Shown here piece by piece: positions 7,905 through 16,911 of a DNA stretch of 32,000 bases. The position numbers were made by a program, and so were the translations under genes. Positions within the stretch are counted from its first letter, which is position 1. Every line of letters begins with the position of its first letter. The DNA comes from Cereibacter sphaeroides 2.4.1 (GTDB taxonomy: Bacteria > Pseudomonadota > Alphaproteobacteria > Rhodobacterales > Rhodobacteraceae), in NCBI RefSeq assembly GCF_000012905.2, contig NC_007493.2, positions 1,410,001-1,442,000 of the forward strand. Direction: 5' to 3'. The notes under the pieces are model-generated. The model saw only the letters and a program-made list of their open reading frames with translations, had not been told where the DNA came from and did not search any database.

Positions 7905-8198
7905 TCAGGCCCGGCCATCGTTGTCGATAAGCGCCCGGAGGCGCGCGGCATCGTATTCGCGGTCGAGACGGTCGGCCTCCGCGCGGGCGAGCGCTTCGGG
8001 CTCGCCCTCGGCGTCGTGCGTGGCCTTGCGCCATTCGGCGAGGTAGGCATCGCTGTCCTTCGCGCCGATCTTCATGGCGCAGCGGTCGATCGCCTGTTCG
8101 AAACGCTCCGGCAGGGGCGCCTTGGAGCCCTTCCGGCCGCGGCCCACGATGACCTGGGCCGGGATGTCTCGCCAGTAGACGATGGTGACTTCGGGCAT
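7905..8198 (-). CDS. Small conserved protein of the so-called virulence-factor family (PF13769-like), first gene of the metF operon
   Basis: 97 aa (MPEVTIVYWRDIPAQVIV...). GGAAGAGGA SD upstream. The family assignment is from memory of similar Rhodobacterales annotations. Confidence 0.55.
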   Translation of the reverse strand: MPEVTIVYWRDIPAQVIVGRGRKGSKAPLPERFEQAIDRCAMKIGAKDSDAYLAEWRKATHDAEGEPEALARAEADRLDREYDAARLRALIDNDGRA

Positions 8199-8467
8199 CG
8201 ACGATTCCTCTTCCTTGGCCTCTCATACGCGTCGCAATGCCGCGCTCGGCGTCGGTTTTCGACATGGTGCGCGCGCGGAGCGACGCCGCCCCTCCGGGCG
8301 GGGCCGACCGTCCCCGGTGCGCCACAATCGCAGGCGCTTCAACGGGGTCGGGGGGCGCCCGGGACCCTGCCGAGATGCGGCCCGCGGCGCGCGCCCTGCG
8401 ACGATCCGACCTTGCGGCGGCAGGCTCGCGCGCATACTCTTGGAGCAACCATGAATGGAGGGCGACG

Positions 8468-9604
8468 ATGACGCCCGAGCGTCCCAGGGGTGCGGACGCG
8501 ATCCCGGCGCGCGACGAGCTGATCGTCGGCGCAGCAGTGGAACCTTCCGTCACCCCGCCAAGCGACCGGGGGCAGCTTTATGCGGCGCTGGACCTCGGCA
8601 CCAACAGCTGCCGCATGCTGATTGCCCAGCCGAGGGGCAGTCAGTTTCAGGTCGTGGATTCCTTTTCCAAGACCGTGCAGCTCGGCGTCGGGCTGGAAGC
8701 CTCCGGCCGGTTGTCGCGCGCCTCGATGGGGCGCACGATCCAGGCGCTCAGGATCTGCCAGAAGAAGATCGAGAAGCATCAGGTGCGCCGGATGCGGCTG
8801 GTGGCGACCGAGGCCTGCCGCAGGGCCCGGAATGCGCGCGACTTCATCCGCCAGATCCGGCGCGAGACCGGCCTCGCGCTCGAGATCATCGCGCCCGAGG
8901 AAGAGGCGCGGCTGGCGGTGATCTCCTGCGCGCCGCTCGTCTCGCGGCGCACCGAGCAGCTTCTGGTGGTCGATATCGGCGGCGGCTCGACCGAGCTCGT
9001 CTGGATCGATCTCTCGGCCGTGCCGCGCGACGACCGGCCCAAGGCGATCATGCGGCTGCATTCGGGCTTCACCCCGCAGGGGATCGGGCCCGAGGCGCGG
9101 GTGGTGGACTGGATCTCGGTGCCGCTGGGGGTGGCGACCCTCAAGGACCAGTTCGGCGACGTGGACGACGATGCCGCGCGCTTTGCGCTGATGAGCTGGT
9201 ATTTCGAGGAGAATCTCGCGAGCTTCTCGCCCTACAATGCCGAGAACCCGCGCGAGGGGTTCCAGATCATCGGCACCTCCGGCACGATCACCACGGTCGC
9301 GGCCTCGTTTCTCGGCCTGCGGCGCTACGACCGGACCAAGGTGGACGGGCTGCACATGACCTCGGACCAGATCGATACGGTGATCCGCGACCACCTGACC
9401 CTCGGCCCCGAGGGGCGGCGCACCGACCCGCGCATCGGACGCGAGCGGCATTCGCTCATCATGTCGGGCGCGGCGATTCTCCAGGCCCTGATGCGGATCT
9501 GGCCCACGGACCGGCTGTCGGTGGCCGACCGGGGCCTCCGCGAGGGGCTTCTCTATGCACAGATGAGCGCGGACGGCGTTCTGGAAGACGGACCCTACAA
9601 ATGA
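8468..9604 (+). CDS. Ppx/GppA family phosphatase
   Basis: Start at ATG 8468 after GGAGGG. The [11 protein letters not shown] phosphate-1 motif and [10 protein letters not shown] are typical of Ppx/GppA. The track ORF from 8237 is over-extended. Confidence 0.85.
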   Translation: MTPERPRGADAIPARDELIVGAAVEPSVTPPSDRGQLYAALDLGTNSCRMLIAQPRGSQFQVVDSFSKTVQLGVGLEASGRLSRASMGRTIQALRICQKKIEKHQVRRMRLVATEACRRARNARDFIRQIRRETGLALEIIAPEEEARLAVISCAPLVSRRTEQLLVVDIGGGSTELVWIDLSAVPRDDRPKAIMRLHSGFTPQGIGPEARVVDWISVPLGVATLKDQFGDVDDDAARFALMSWYFEENLASFSPYNAENPREGFQIIGTSGTITTVAASFLGLRRYDRTKVDGLHMTSDQIDTVIRDHLTLGPEGRRTDPRIGRERHSLIMSGAAILQALMRIWPTDRLSVADRGLREGLLYAQMSADGVLEDGPYK

Positions 9605-10335
9605 CCACGAAGAACACATCGGGCCGGGGACAGCGCGAGCTGCGCGTGCGGGTGAAGACGGCGAAGGGGCGCAAGCTCTCCTCGACGCTCTGGCTCGAAC
9701 GGCAGCTGAACGATCCCTACGTCATCCGCGCCAAGAAGGAAGGCTACCGGGGCAGGGCGGCCTACAAGATCCTCGAGCTCGACGACAAGTTCGGGTTCCT
9801 CAAGCCCGGCGGCCGCGTGGTCGATCTGGGCTGCGCGCCCGGCGGCTGGTGTCAGGTGGCGGTCGAGCGGGTGAATGCGCTCGGCCAGAAGAAGAACAAG
9901 CCCGAGGGCACGGTGCTGGGGGTCGACCTGCAGGAGGTCGAGCCGATCAGCGGCGCCGAGATCCACCAGCTCGACTTCCTGTCGGACGATGCCGACGAGA
10001 AGGTGAAGGGCTGGCTCGGCGGGCGGGCCGATGTGGTGATGAGCGACATGGCCGCCGCCGCCTCGGGCCACAAGGGCACCGACCACCTGCGCATCATCGC
10101 GCTGTGCGAGGCGGCCGCGGCCTTCGCCTTCGACGTGCTGGAGGAAGGCGGAACCTTCGTGGCCAAGGTGCTGGCGGGCGGCGCCGAGAATGAGCTTCAG
10201 GCCCTCCTGAAGAAGAATTTCACCAAGGTCGCCAATGTGAAGCCGCCGGCGAGCCGGGCCGACAGTTCGGAAAAGTTCGTCGTGGCGATGGGCTTCCGCG
10301 GACGCGCGTCCGAGCCGGAGGAGGGCGAGGCCTGA
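9601..10335 (+). CDS. rlmE: 23S rRNA (uridine-2'-O)-methyltransferase RlmE/FtsJ
   Basis: ATGA overlap with the ppx stop. [33 protein letters not shown] and KPPASR motifs. Confidence 0.9.
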   Translation: MTTKNTSGRGQRELRVRVKTAKGRKLSSTLWLERQLNDPYVIRAKKEGYRGRAAYKILELDDKFGFLKPGGRVVDLGCAPGGWCQVAVERVNALGQKKNKPEGTVLGVDLQEVEPISGAEIHQLDFLSDDADEKVKGWLGGRADVVMSDMAAAASGHKGTDHLRIIALCEAAAAFAFDVLEEGGTFVAKVLAGGAENELQALLKKNFTKVANVKPPASRADSSEKFVVAMGFRGRASEPEEGEA

Positions 10336-10358
10336 GACGGTGACCGGGCCAGAAGAAT

Positions 10359-10377
10359 GGGCGCCTTGAAGGCGCCC
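10359..10377. terminator. GC hairpin GGGCGCCT-TGA-AGGCGCCC, unit 1 of a duplicated terminator module
   Basis: Perfect 8-bp stem, nested in an outer GGTGAC/GTCACC pairing (10339-10383). On the minus strand it is followed by AUUCUUCUGG. Confidence 0.5.
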
Positions 10378-10438
10378 GTCACCATACTCGGAGACAGAGG
10401 GCGATCGGCGACCCCGGGGGCGGCCCGGCCAAAAGAAA

Positions 10439-10457
10439 GGGCGCCCCGGAGGCGCCC
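10439..10457. terminator. GC hairpin GGGCGCC-CCGGA-GGCGCCC, unit 2
   Basis: Lies 29 nt downstream of the DUF882 gene stop on the minus strand and is followed there by CUUUCUUUUGG. The ~39-nt context resembles unit 1. Confidence 0.55.
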
Positions 10458-10485
10458 GTGATCCTGATCGGAAGAGAGGGGACGC

Positions 10486-11052
10486 TCAGCGACCCCAGTG
10501 GCGGACCGGGCCGCAATCCATATGGACGAAGTCCGAGCGCGAATAGCGGCCGACGCCGCCCGAGGCGCAGGCTTCCGCCGCCTTGGCCATCTGGCCCACC
10601 GAGCGGGATTTCAACCGCAGGTCGGCCGCCTGACCCTTGAGATGGAGGGAATTCCGGGCCACGCCGCTCGACCGCGAGCGCAGCATGGCGTTGGTCTTGG
10701 GGCAGCGGTAGCCCGAGAGCAGCATGTAGGGCTCGCTCACATCCATCAGGCGATGCGAGGCCGCCATGATGTCCACCGTGCGCGCGTCGATGCGGATGAC
10801 GTCGTTCGTCCGCCAGTCGCGCATGAAGTGATTGATTTCCTTGAGAGCTTCCGGAATGTACTCGCCCTCGATCCAGTAGATCGTATCCATCGACTCGCCG
10901 GTGCGGCCCGAATACATGCGGATCCGTCGCACATCGCCCGCTCCGCGGAGAAATCCGAACGCATTCGCGTAGGTGGGAGCCGCAACCACGGCAGTGGCGG
11001 CAAACGCACCCAAAAGGCCGCGCCGCGTGATGAGCGTGTTCGTCAGTGTCAT
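10486..11052 (-). CDS. DUF882 (YcbK/MepK-like, peptidase M15 fold) protein with Tat signal
   Basis: Start at MTLTNTLITRRGLLGAF (twin-arginine signal). SLHLKGQAADL and FVHMD metal-ligand contexts. The track ORF to 11292 is over-extended. Confidence 0.8.
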   Translation of the reverse strand: MTLTNTLITRRGLLGAFAATAVVAAPTYANAFGFLRGAGDVRRIRMYSGRTGESMDTIYWIEGEYIPEALKEINHFMRDWRTNDVIRIDARTVDIMAASHRLMDVSEPYMLLSGYRCPKTNAMLRSRSSGVARNSLHLKGQAADLRLKSRSVGQMAKAAEACASGGVGRYSRSDFVHMDCGPVRHWGR

Positions 11053-11370
11053 GATGAGCGCCTGTCCCGTCGCCTGGTCTTCTGTCCGCCTGTTCCGGCG
11101 GCTTTCTTTGCTACTCGTCCCCAAGTGCTTACCTCCTATGCCATATGGTTCCCTGCAACAGAAGTGCCGGATTGGCCGCACCGCCGCAGTTAATGTCCGA
11201 TAGGCAAAAAATTGCTGAATGATCGCCCGTCGATCGGCAGGATCGGGAAAGTTGGGCGGCGTGACGAAAAAGCGACAAAAGCCGGGGGCCACGCGGTGAC
11301 CGATTTACGCCGCCGGGCAAATAGCCGAAGTTGGTAGAGAATGCAGCGACCATCCCCGCTTGAGGTGCCA

Positions 11371-12981
11371 ATGTCCTCCCCCTTCCGTTGCAAGGCCGGT
11401 CTCGGGCTTGCTCTCTGTCTGTCCGTGGCGCTCGGAGCGGAGGCTTTCGCGAATCCCCCGGCGGCCCCGGTCGAGCTGACGCCCTTCAGCCGCTCGGTGG
11501 CCGGGGCCGCAGGGCGGAGCGAGCTGATCGCGCAGTTCTATGCGGACCGGTCCTACCGGACGCTCTGGACCGGGCCCGAGGATGCGGCCCGCCGCGAGGC
11601 GCTGCTGACGGCCATTGCAGAGGCACCGGCGCACGGATTGCCGGTGCAGCGCTACGATGCCTCGGCGCTGATCGCGCGGTTCCGCGCCGCGCGGACGGAG
11701 GCCGACCGCGGGCGGCTCGAGGTGGCGATGACGCAGGCGCTTCTGGCCTGGGCGCACGATCTGCATGGCGGCGCGCTCGAGCCGGGCAAGGTCGATCCCG
11801 GCATCAAGCGGGCGGTGAAGCGGCTCGATCCGCGCAGCGTCCTGACCGCCTTCGAGGCGAACCCGGTGCATTTCCTCGACAGTCTCGCGCCGCGCGGGCC
11901 GGACTATGCCCGGCTGATGCGGGCGCGGCTGGATCTCGAGGCGACCGTCGCCGCGGGCGGCTGGGGGGCGGCGGTGCCCGCGGGCAAGCTGAAGCCCGGC
12001 GCCACGGGGCCGGGGTTTCTCGCGCTGCGCGACCGGCTGATGGCGATGGGCTACCTCGGGCGCAGCACCGCCGCGAGCTACGATGCGGAGGTGGCGGCAG
12101 CGGTGCGGTCGTTCCAAACCGACCATGGGCTCAGCCCCGACGGGGTGGCGGGCGAGGGCACCATCGCCGCGCTGAACGTGGCGCCCGAGGCGCGGCTCAA
12201 GTCGATCCTCGTGGCGCTCGAACGCGAACGCTGGCTCAGCATCGACCGCGGCGAGCGGCACATCTGGGTCAACCTCGCCGACTTCTCCACGCGCCTGATC
12301 GACAATGGCAAGGTCACGTTCGAGACCCGGTCGGTGATCGGCAAGGACAGCCCGGACCAGCGGACGCCGGAATTCTCGGACGAGATGGAATATATGGTGA
12401 TCAACCCGTCTTGGCATGTGCCGCGGTCGATCACCACGAAGGAATATCTGCCGCTCCTGCAGCGCAATCCGAACGCGGCGGGCCATCTGAAGCTGATCGA
12501 CAGCCGGGGCCGCGAGGTCAGCCGCGGCGCGGTGAACTTCAACGCCTACAACGCCCGGAACTTCCCCTTCTCGATGCGCCAGCCGCCCTCGGACGGCAAT
12601 GCGCTGGGGCTGGTGAAGTTCATGTTCCCGAACCAGTGGAACATCTATCTGCACGACACGCCGTCGAAGTCGCTGTTCGACCGCGAGGTGCGCGCCTTCT
12701 CGCATGGCTGCATCCGTCTGGGGCGGCCGTTCGACTTCGCCTATGCGCTGCTCGCCGCGCAGACCGACGACCCCGAAGGGCTGTTCCAGTCGCATCTGTC
12801 GAGCGGCAGGGAGAGCGTCGTGCGGCTGGAAAAGCCCGTGCCGGTGCATCTGGTCTATTTCACCGCCTGGGCCGGCCCCACGGGGCAGATGAATTATCGC
12901 GACGACATCTATGGCCGCGACGGGGTGATCTTCGACGCGCTGTCCGAGGCCGGGGTGGTGCCGGGCGCGGTTCAGGGCTAA
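11371..12981 (+). CDS. L,D-transpeptidase (YcbB/LdtD-like) with peptidoglycan-binding domain
   Basis: ATG 11371 preceded by GAGGTG. Signal peptide MSSPFRCKAGLGLALCLSVALGAEAFA, PG_binding_1 motif (FQTDHGLSPDGVAGEGT) and YkuD catalytic HDTP...SHGCIRL. Divergent from the DUF882 gene, as ycbB and ycbK are neighbours in E. coli. Confidence 0.85.
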   Translation: MSSPFRCKAGLGLALCLSVALGAEAFANPPAAPVELTPFSRSVAGAAGRSELIAQFYADRSYRTLWTGPEDAARREALLTAIAEAPAHGLPVQRYDASALIARFRAARTEADRGRLEVAMTQALLAWAHDLHGGALEPGKVDPGIKRAVKRLDPRSVLTAFEANPVHFLDSLAPRGPDYARLMRARLDLEATVAAGGWGAAVPAGKLKPGATGPGFLALRDRLMAMGYLGRSTAASYDAEVAAAVRSFQTDHGLSPDGVAGEGTIAALNVAPEARLKSILVALERERWLSIDRGERHIWVNLADFSTRLIDNGKVTFETRSVIGKDSPDQRTPEFSDEMEYMVINPSWHVPRSITTKEYLPLLQRNPNAAGHLKLIDSRGREVSRGAVNFNAYNARNFPFSMRQPPSDGNALGLVKFMFPNQWNIYLHDTPSKSLFDREVRAFSHGCIRLGRPFDFAYALLAAQTDDPEGLFQSHLSSGRESVVRLEKPVPVHLVYFTAWAGPTGQMNYRDDIYGRDGVIFDALSEAGVVPGAVQG

Positions 12982-13029
12982 ATCTTCAGACGGGGCGGCA
13001 GCGGGCCGCCGAGGGTTCGGAGCGGCACC

Positions 13030-14121
13030 ATGGGCCATACCATCCGCGAGATCGCCACGGCGCTGGACGCCGAGGCCGCCGGCAATCTCGATCTCGTCGT
13101 GACGCGCGCGGCCGAGCCTGCCGCGGCCGACGCCGACGCGCTGGCGCTGGCGATGGACGCGCGCTACGCCGAGGGGATCCGGCAGGGCGCGGCGCGGGCC
13201 GCGATGCTCTGGCAGGGGGCCGACTGGCAGGCGCTGGGGCTGGAGGCCGCGATCTTCGTGCCGCGCGGGCGCCTCGCGATGGCGGGCCTGTCGCGGATGC
13301 TCGATCCCGGCCCGCAGATCGCGCGGGTCGTGCATCCGATGGCGCTCGTCGATCCCACGGCCGAGATCGGCGCGGATGCGGCCATCGGGCCCTTCGTCAC
13401 CATCGGCCCGCAGGTCCGCATCGGCCCGAATGCCCGGATCGCAAGCCACGTCTCGATCGCCGAGGGCGCCGAGATCGGGGCGGACGCGCTGATCCTGCAG
13501 GGCGCGCGGATCGGCGCGCGGGTGCGGATCGGCGACCGGTTCATCTGCCAGCCGGGCGCCGTGATCGGCGCGGACGGCTTCTCCTTCGTCACGCCGGAGA
13601 AATCCGGGGTCGAGGAGATCCGCGAGACGCTGGGCGAGCGCGAGGAGATCCGCCAGCAATCCTGGGTGCGGATCCATTCGCTGGGCTCGGTCCGTCTGGG
13701 CGACGATGTGGAAGTGGGCGCCAATTCCACCATCGACCGCGGCACGATCCGCGACACGGTGGTGGGCAACGGCACCAAGATCGACAATCTCGTGCAGCTC
13801 GGCCACAATGTGCAGGTGGGCGCGGATTGCCTGATCTGCGGGCAGGCGGGCGTCGCGGGCTCGGCCCGGATCGGCAACCGCGTGGTCCTCGGCGGACAGG
13901 TCGGCGTCTCGGACAATATCTTCGTGGGCGACGATGTGATCGCCGGCGGATCGACCAAGATCCGCACCAATGCGCCGGCGGGCCGGGTGATCCTCGGCGA
14001 TCCGGCGGTGAAGATGGAAACGCAGATCGAGATCCAGAAGGCGATGCGCCGTCTGCCGCGGCTGGCCGCGACCGTGGCCGCGCTTCAGAAAGCTGTTTCA
14101 TTGAAGGGGCAGAGTGACTAA
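13030..14121 (+). CDS. LpxD-family UDP-3-O-acylglucosamine N-acyltransferase paralog (left-handed beta-helix)
   Basis: 363 aa with hexapeptide repeats, [17 protein letters not shown] and the LGHNV catalytic-His context. Carries an insertion ([24 protein letters not shown]) relative to what I recall for canonical LpxD. Not in an lpxD-fabZ-lpxA context. Confidence 0.75.
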   Translation: MGHTIREIATALDAEAAGNLDLVVTRAAEPAAADADALALAMDARYAEGIRQGAARAAMLWQGADWQALGLEAAIFVPRGRLAMAGLSRMLDPGPQIARVVHPMALVDPTAEIGADAAIGPFVTIGPQVRIGPNARIASHVSIAEGAEIGADALILQGARIGARVRIGDRFICQPGAVIGADGFSFVTPEKSGVEEIRETLGEREEIRQQSWVRIHSLGSVRLGDDVEVGANSTIDRGTIRDTVVGNGTKIDNLVQLGHNVQVGADCLICGQAGVAGSARIGNRVVLGGQVGVSDNIFVGDDVIAGGSTKIRTNAPAGRVILGDPAVKMETQIEIQKAMRRLPRLAATVAALQKAVSLKGQSD

Positions 14122-14154
14122 ATCACCGCCACGAGACGGTGCAGGGGGAAGACC

Positions 14155-14421
14155 ATGGCACAGAGCGTTCAGGAAAAAGTCATAGCGATCATTGCGGAGC
14201 AGGCGGTGCTTGAGCCCTCCGACGTGAAGATGGATGCCACGCTCGAAGAGCTGGGCATCGACAGCCTGGGCCTCGTCGAGTCGATCTTCGCCATCGAGGA
14301 AGCCTTCGACATCTCGGTGCCCTTCAACGCCAACGATCCCGAGGCGAGCGGCTTCGACATCTCGTCGGTGCGCGCCATCGTCGCGGCAGTCGAGGGGCTG
14401 GTGGCCCAGCAGGCTGCCTGA
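14155..14421 (+). CDS. Dedicated acyl carrier protein
   Basis: 88 aa with GIDSLGLVE phosphopantetheine-attachment motif. GGGGGAAG SD. Confidence 0.85.
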   Translation: MAQSVQEKVIAIIAEQAVLEPSDVKMDATLEELGIDSLGLVESIFAIEEAFDISVPFNANDPEASGFDISSVRAIVAAVEGLVAQQAA

Positions 14422-14432
14422 ACGGACGGCAC

Positions 14433-15641
14433 ATGAAACGAGTGGTCATCACGGGCGCCGGCACGATCAACGCGCTGGCGCACGATGTGGCGGGCACGCT
14501 TGCGGCCTTCCGCGAGGGGCGCTGCGGCATCACCGAGCTCGATATCCGCGACAAGGACCGGCTGTCGATCCAGATCGGCGGGCAGGTCCACAACTGGGAT
14601 CCCGAGGCGCATTTCAACCGCCAGCAGATCGTCCTCTATGACAAGTTCACCCAGTTCACCCTGCTGGCCGCCCGCGAGGCGGTGGCGCAATCGGGGCTGA
14701 CCTTCGCGGGCAGCCTCGGGCTCGAGGCCGGGGTGATCCTCGGCACCGCGGGCGGGGGCGTGAACACCTGGGACGAGAATTACCGGGTGGTCTACGAGGA
14801 GGGCAAGAACCGCGTCCATCCGTTCGTCGTCCCGAAGCTCATGAACAACGCGGCCGCCTCGCATGTGTCGATGGAGTTCCAGCTGCGCGGGCCTTCCTTC
14901 ACGGTGGCCACCGCCTGCGCCAGCTCCAACCATGCGATGGGACAGGCCTTCCAGATGGTGCGCTCAGGGATGGCGCGGGCCATGCTGACCGGCGGATCCG
15001 AGGCCATGCTCTGTTTCGGCGGCATCAAGGCCTGGGAGGGCCTGCGGGTGATGTCGAAGGACGCCTGCCGGCCGTTCTCGCTCAATCGCAACGGGATGGT
15101 GCAGGGCGAGGGGGCGGCGATCTTCGTCTTCGAGGAATATGAGCACGCCCGTGCCCGCGGCGCCGAGATCCTCGCCGAGGTGATCGGCTTTGCCATGACG
15201 TCGGACGCGTCCGACATCGTGATGCCCTCGAAGCTCGGCGCGGCGCGCGCCATCGAGGGGGCGCTGAGGGATGCGCGGGTCACGCCCGACGCGGTGGGCT
15301 ATATCAACGCCCACGGCACCGGGACGGCGGCCAACGACAAGACCGAATGCGCCGCGGTGGCGGATGTGTTCCGCCATCATGCCGACCGGCTGATGATCTC
15401 TTCGACCAAGTCGATGCACGGGCATCTGATCGGCGGGACGGGGGCGGTGGAGCTTCTGGCCTGCATCCTCGCGCTGCGCGAGGGCGTCATTGCGCCCACC
15501 ATCGGCTATGAGGAGCCGGACCCGGAATGCGCGCTCGATGTGGTGCCGAACGTGGCGCGGCAGGCGCGGGTGGATGTGGTGCTGTCGAACGCCTTCGCCT
15601 TCGGCGGGCTGAACGCCGTGCTCGCCCTGCGGCGGGTCTGA
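14433..15641 (+). CDS. Beta-ketoacyl-ACP synthase (KAS I/II, FabF/NodE-like)
   Basis: 402 aa. Cys-His-His triad contexts ATACASS, NAHGTGT and SMHGH. C-terminal FAFGGLNAVL. Confidence 0.9.
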   Translation: MKRVVITGAGTINALAHDVAGTLAAFREGRCGITELDIRDKDRLSIQIGGQVHNWDPEAHFNRQQIVLYDKFTQFTLLAAREAVAQSGLTFAGSLGLEAGVILGTAGGGVNTWDENYRVVYEEGKNRVHPFVVPKLMNNAAASHVSMEFQLRGPSFTVATACASSNHAMGQAFQMVRSGMARAMLTGGSEAMLCFGGIKAWEGLRVMSKDACRPFSLNRNGMVQGEGAAIFVFEEYEHARARGAEILAEVIGFAMTSDASDIVMPSKLGAARAIEGALRDARVTPDAVGYINAHGTGTAANDKTECAAVADVFRHHADRLMISSTKSMHGHLIGGTGAVELLACILALREGVIAPTIGYEEPDPECALDVVPNVARQARVDVVLSNAFAFGGLNAVLALRRV

Positions 15642-15661
15642 TCGAGCGGCTGAAAAGCGAA

Positions 15662-15686
15662 ACGCCGCCCGGGGTGCGGGCGGCGT
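15662..15686. terminator. Bidirectional hairpin ACGCCGCCCG-GGGTG-CGGGCGGCGT between convergent KAS and ialB genes
   Basis: Perfect 10-bp stem. On the minus strand it is followed by UUCGCUUUUC. Confidence 0.6.
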
Positions 15687-15708
15687 CTCTCGGAGGCTTG
15701 CGGGAAGG

Positions 15709-16377
15709 TTATTCCGCGGCGGGCTTCTGGGCCGCTTCGGCCTTCTCGTTCGAGGCCTTCACCGCGTCATAGGCGGCGGTGAAGCCTTTCAGCGAGACGT
15801 TCAGCGCGACCTTCTGATCCGGCGCCACGGCCGGCACGATGGTCACGACGCTCTTGTTGCCCTTCTTGAAGGCATCCACCTCGGCCTGGGTGAAGCCCAC
15901 ACGCGCGAAGCAGCCGGCGCGGTTGCACCAGGAGAAGGGATAGACCTTCGGCTTGGCCGCATCGACGCCCATCGTCAGATTGGCGGTCAGCAGCGTCTCG
16001 AGCGGCGCCACGATGGTCGCGCCGGCCGCGGCCTGCTGGCCCGCGGGCAGGGCGAACATGCTGATCTCGGCCACCGAGTTGCCTTCGCCGTCCTTCAGAA
16101 GCTGATACATCTGGCACGGGTCAGCACCGTCCTCGGTGCGGACGCAGCGCTGTTCCCAGTCGCCGTGGGTCGCGGCGACATAGGTGGAGCCGATCCCGTC
16201 GGCCGGGTCTTCCTGACCCATGGACAGCCCCTGCGGAGCCGCGGCGCCTTCGGCGGGCGCCTGCGCGGCGGGAGCGTCGGCGGCCGGAGCGGCCGGCGTG
16301 TCCTGTGCCCAGGCGGCGGGCGCAAGGGCTAGGCCCAGAGCCATGACGCAGAGGGTTTTCAGTTGCTTGCTCGACAT
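15709..16377 (-). CDS. Invasion-associated locus B (IalB) family periplasmic protein
   Basis: Start at MSSKQLKTLCVMALGLALAPAAWA (signal peptide) after AGGACAGGA. Conserved W..RC....C and CNRAGC contexts typical of the IalB family. Confidence 0.75.
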   Translation of the reverse strand: MSSKQLKTLCVMALGLALAPAAWAQDTPAAPAADAPAAQAPAEGAAAPQGLSMGQEDPADGIGSTYVAATHGDWEQRCVRTEDGADPCQMYQLLKDGEGNSVAEISMFALPAGQQAAAGATIVAPLETLLTANLTMGVDAAKPKVYPFSWCNRAGCFARVGFTQAEVDAFKKGNKSVVTIVPAVAPDQKVALNVSLKGFTAAYDAVKASNEKAEAAQKPAAE

Positions 16378-16521
16378 GCGCGATCCTGTCCTCACATTAT
16401 GTCGAGCGCGCTGTAGCACGCCCGCCCCACAGTGTCAGGTGCCAAATGCGCGAGGGACTGCGGGCGGCGGGGCCTCGCCCCTGCAATGAGGCCCCGGGGC
16501 GTAGGGGGGAAGCACAGGCGG

Positions 16522-16603
16522 CGCCGAAAAGCGAAAAGGGCCGGCAATCCGGCCCTTCTCAGCGTCAATTTTGCTCCCTGTCGGACTGGCCGACTTCATC
16601 TGA
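16522..16603 (-). ncRNA. Candidate ~80-nt sRNA with its own promoter and intrinsic terminator
   Basis: The minus strand has TTGACG (16638-16633), a 17-nt spacer and TAGCGT (16615-16610). Next comes UCCCCCUCAGAUGAAGUCGGCCAGUCCGAC..., then the terminator AAGGGCCGG-AUUG-CCGGCCCUU (16557-16536) followed by UUCGCUUUUC. No credible ORF. Confidence 0.3.
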
Positions 16604-16676
16604 GGGGGAACGCTAAGGGCTAAAGGCAAGCCCGTCAACAGGGAATCGCCCCTGCAACCGCTGCCGAAAAGACAGG

Positions 16677-16757
16677 AAAAACCGCGCCTTCGAGAGAAGG
16701 CGCGGCCAGTCCAGTTCAGGGAGGAAGGAACACCGGCGGCTGATGGGCACCGCCGGT
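16677..16757 (-). ncRNA. Candidate sRNA or catalase 3'UTR-derived RNA with exposed CCUUCCUCCC segment
   Basis: The minus strand has hairpin ACCGGCGG-N10-CCGCCGGT (16757-16732), then GUUCCUUCCUCCCUGAACUGG, then terminator CCGCGCCUU-N6-AAGGCGCGG (16705-16682) plus UUUUU. I found no convincing promoter. Confidence 0.25.
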
Positions 16758-16843
16758 AGAGAGAAGAATCGCAGGGATAGTTTAAGGATCTATTGTTTCC
16801 GCGCGCGAACCGGCGGCCTCTCGTTGCCTCGCCTGAAGACGAA

Positions 16844-16871
16844 CGGCCGGAGGGATCGCTCCCTCCGGCCG
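16844..16871 (-). terminator. Catalase gene terminator hairpin (12-bp perfect stem CGGCCGGAGGGA-TCGC-TCCCTCCGGCCG)
   Basis: Lies 40 nt downstream of the catalase stop (16912) on the minus strand, followed by UUCGUCUUC. Confidence 0.6.
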
Positions 16872-16911
16872 CCGGGGCAGGGTGCCTCCTTCGGCGTGTC
16901 TGCCGGACGTT

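Noticed and set aside
6947-8050. N-terminally extended versions of several genes in the track (metF to 8050, ppx from 8237, DUF882 to 11292, ialB to 16419, aqpZ to 21122, cycP to 23646, oxidoreductase to 29212, rpsB to 31101)
   Set aside because: In each case an internal start with a good SD begins the recognisable protein (signal peptide or conserved N-terminus). The extension is junk-like or overlaps a neighbouring feature.
8199-8467. Possible cobalamin or SAM riboswitch in the 270-nt leader of the metF operon
   Set aside because: Reading the minus strand, I found no B12-box core (GCCACTG) and no AAAGC-type SAM-II signature, only generic GC hairpins. cmsearch would be needed to exclude it formally.
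11305-14117. Very long ORFs 11305-13806 (minus, 833 aa) and 11388-14117 (plus, 909 aa)
   Set aside because: These are shadow frames of the L,D-transpeptidase and LpxD-like genes. They have no motifs, extreme R/G/A/P composition, and run across real gene boundaries.
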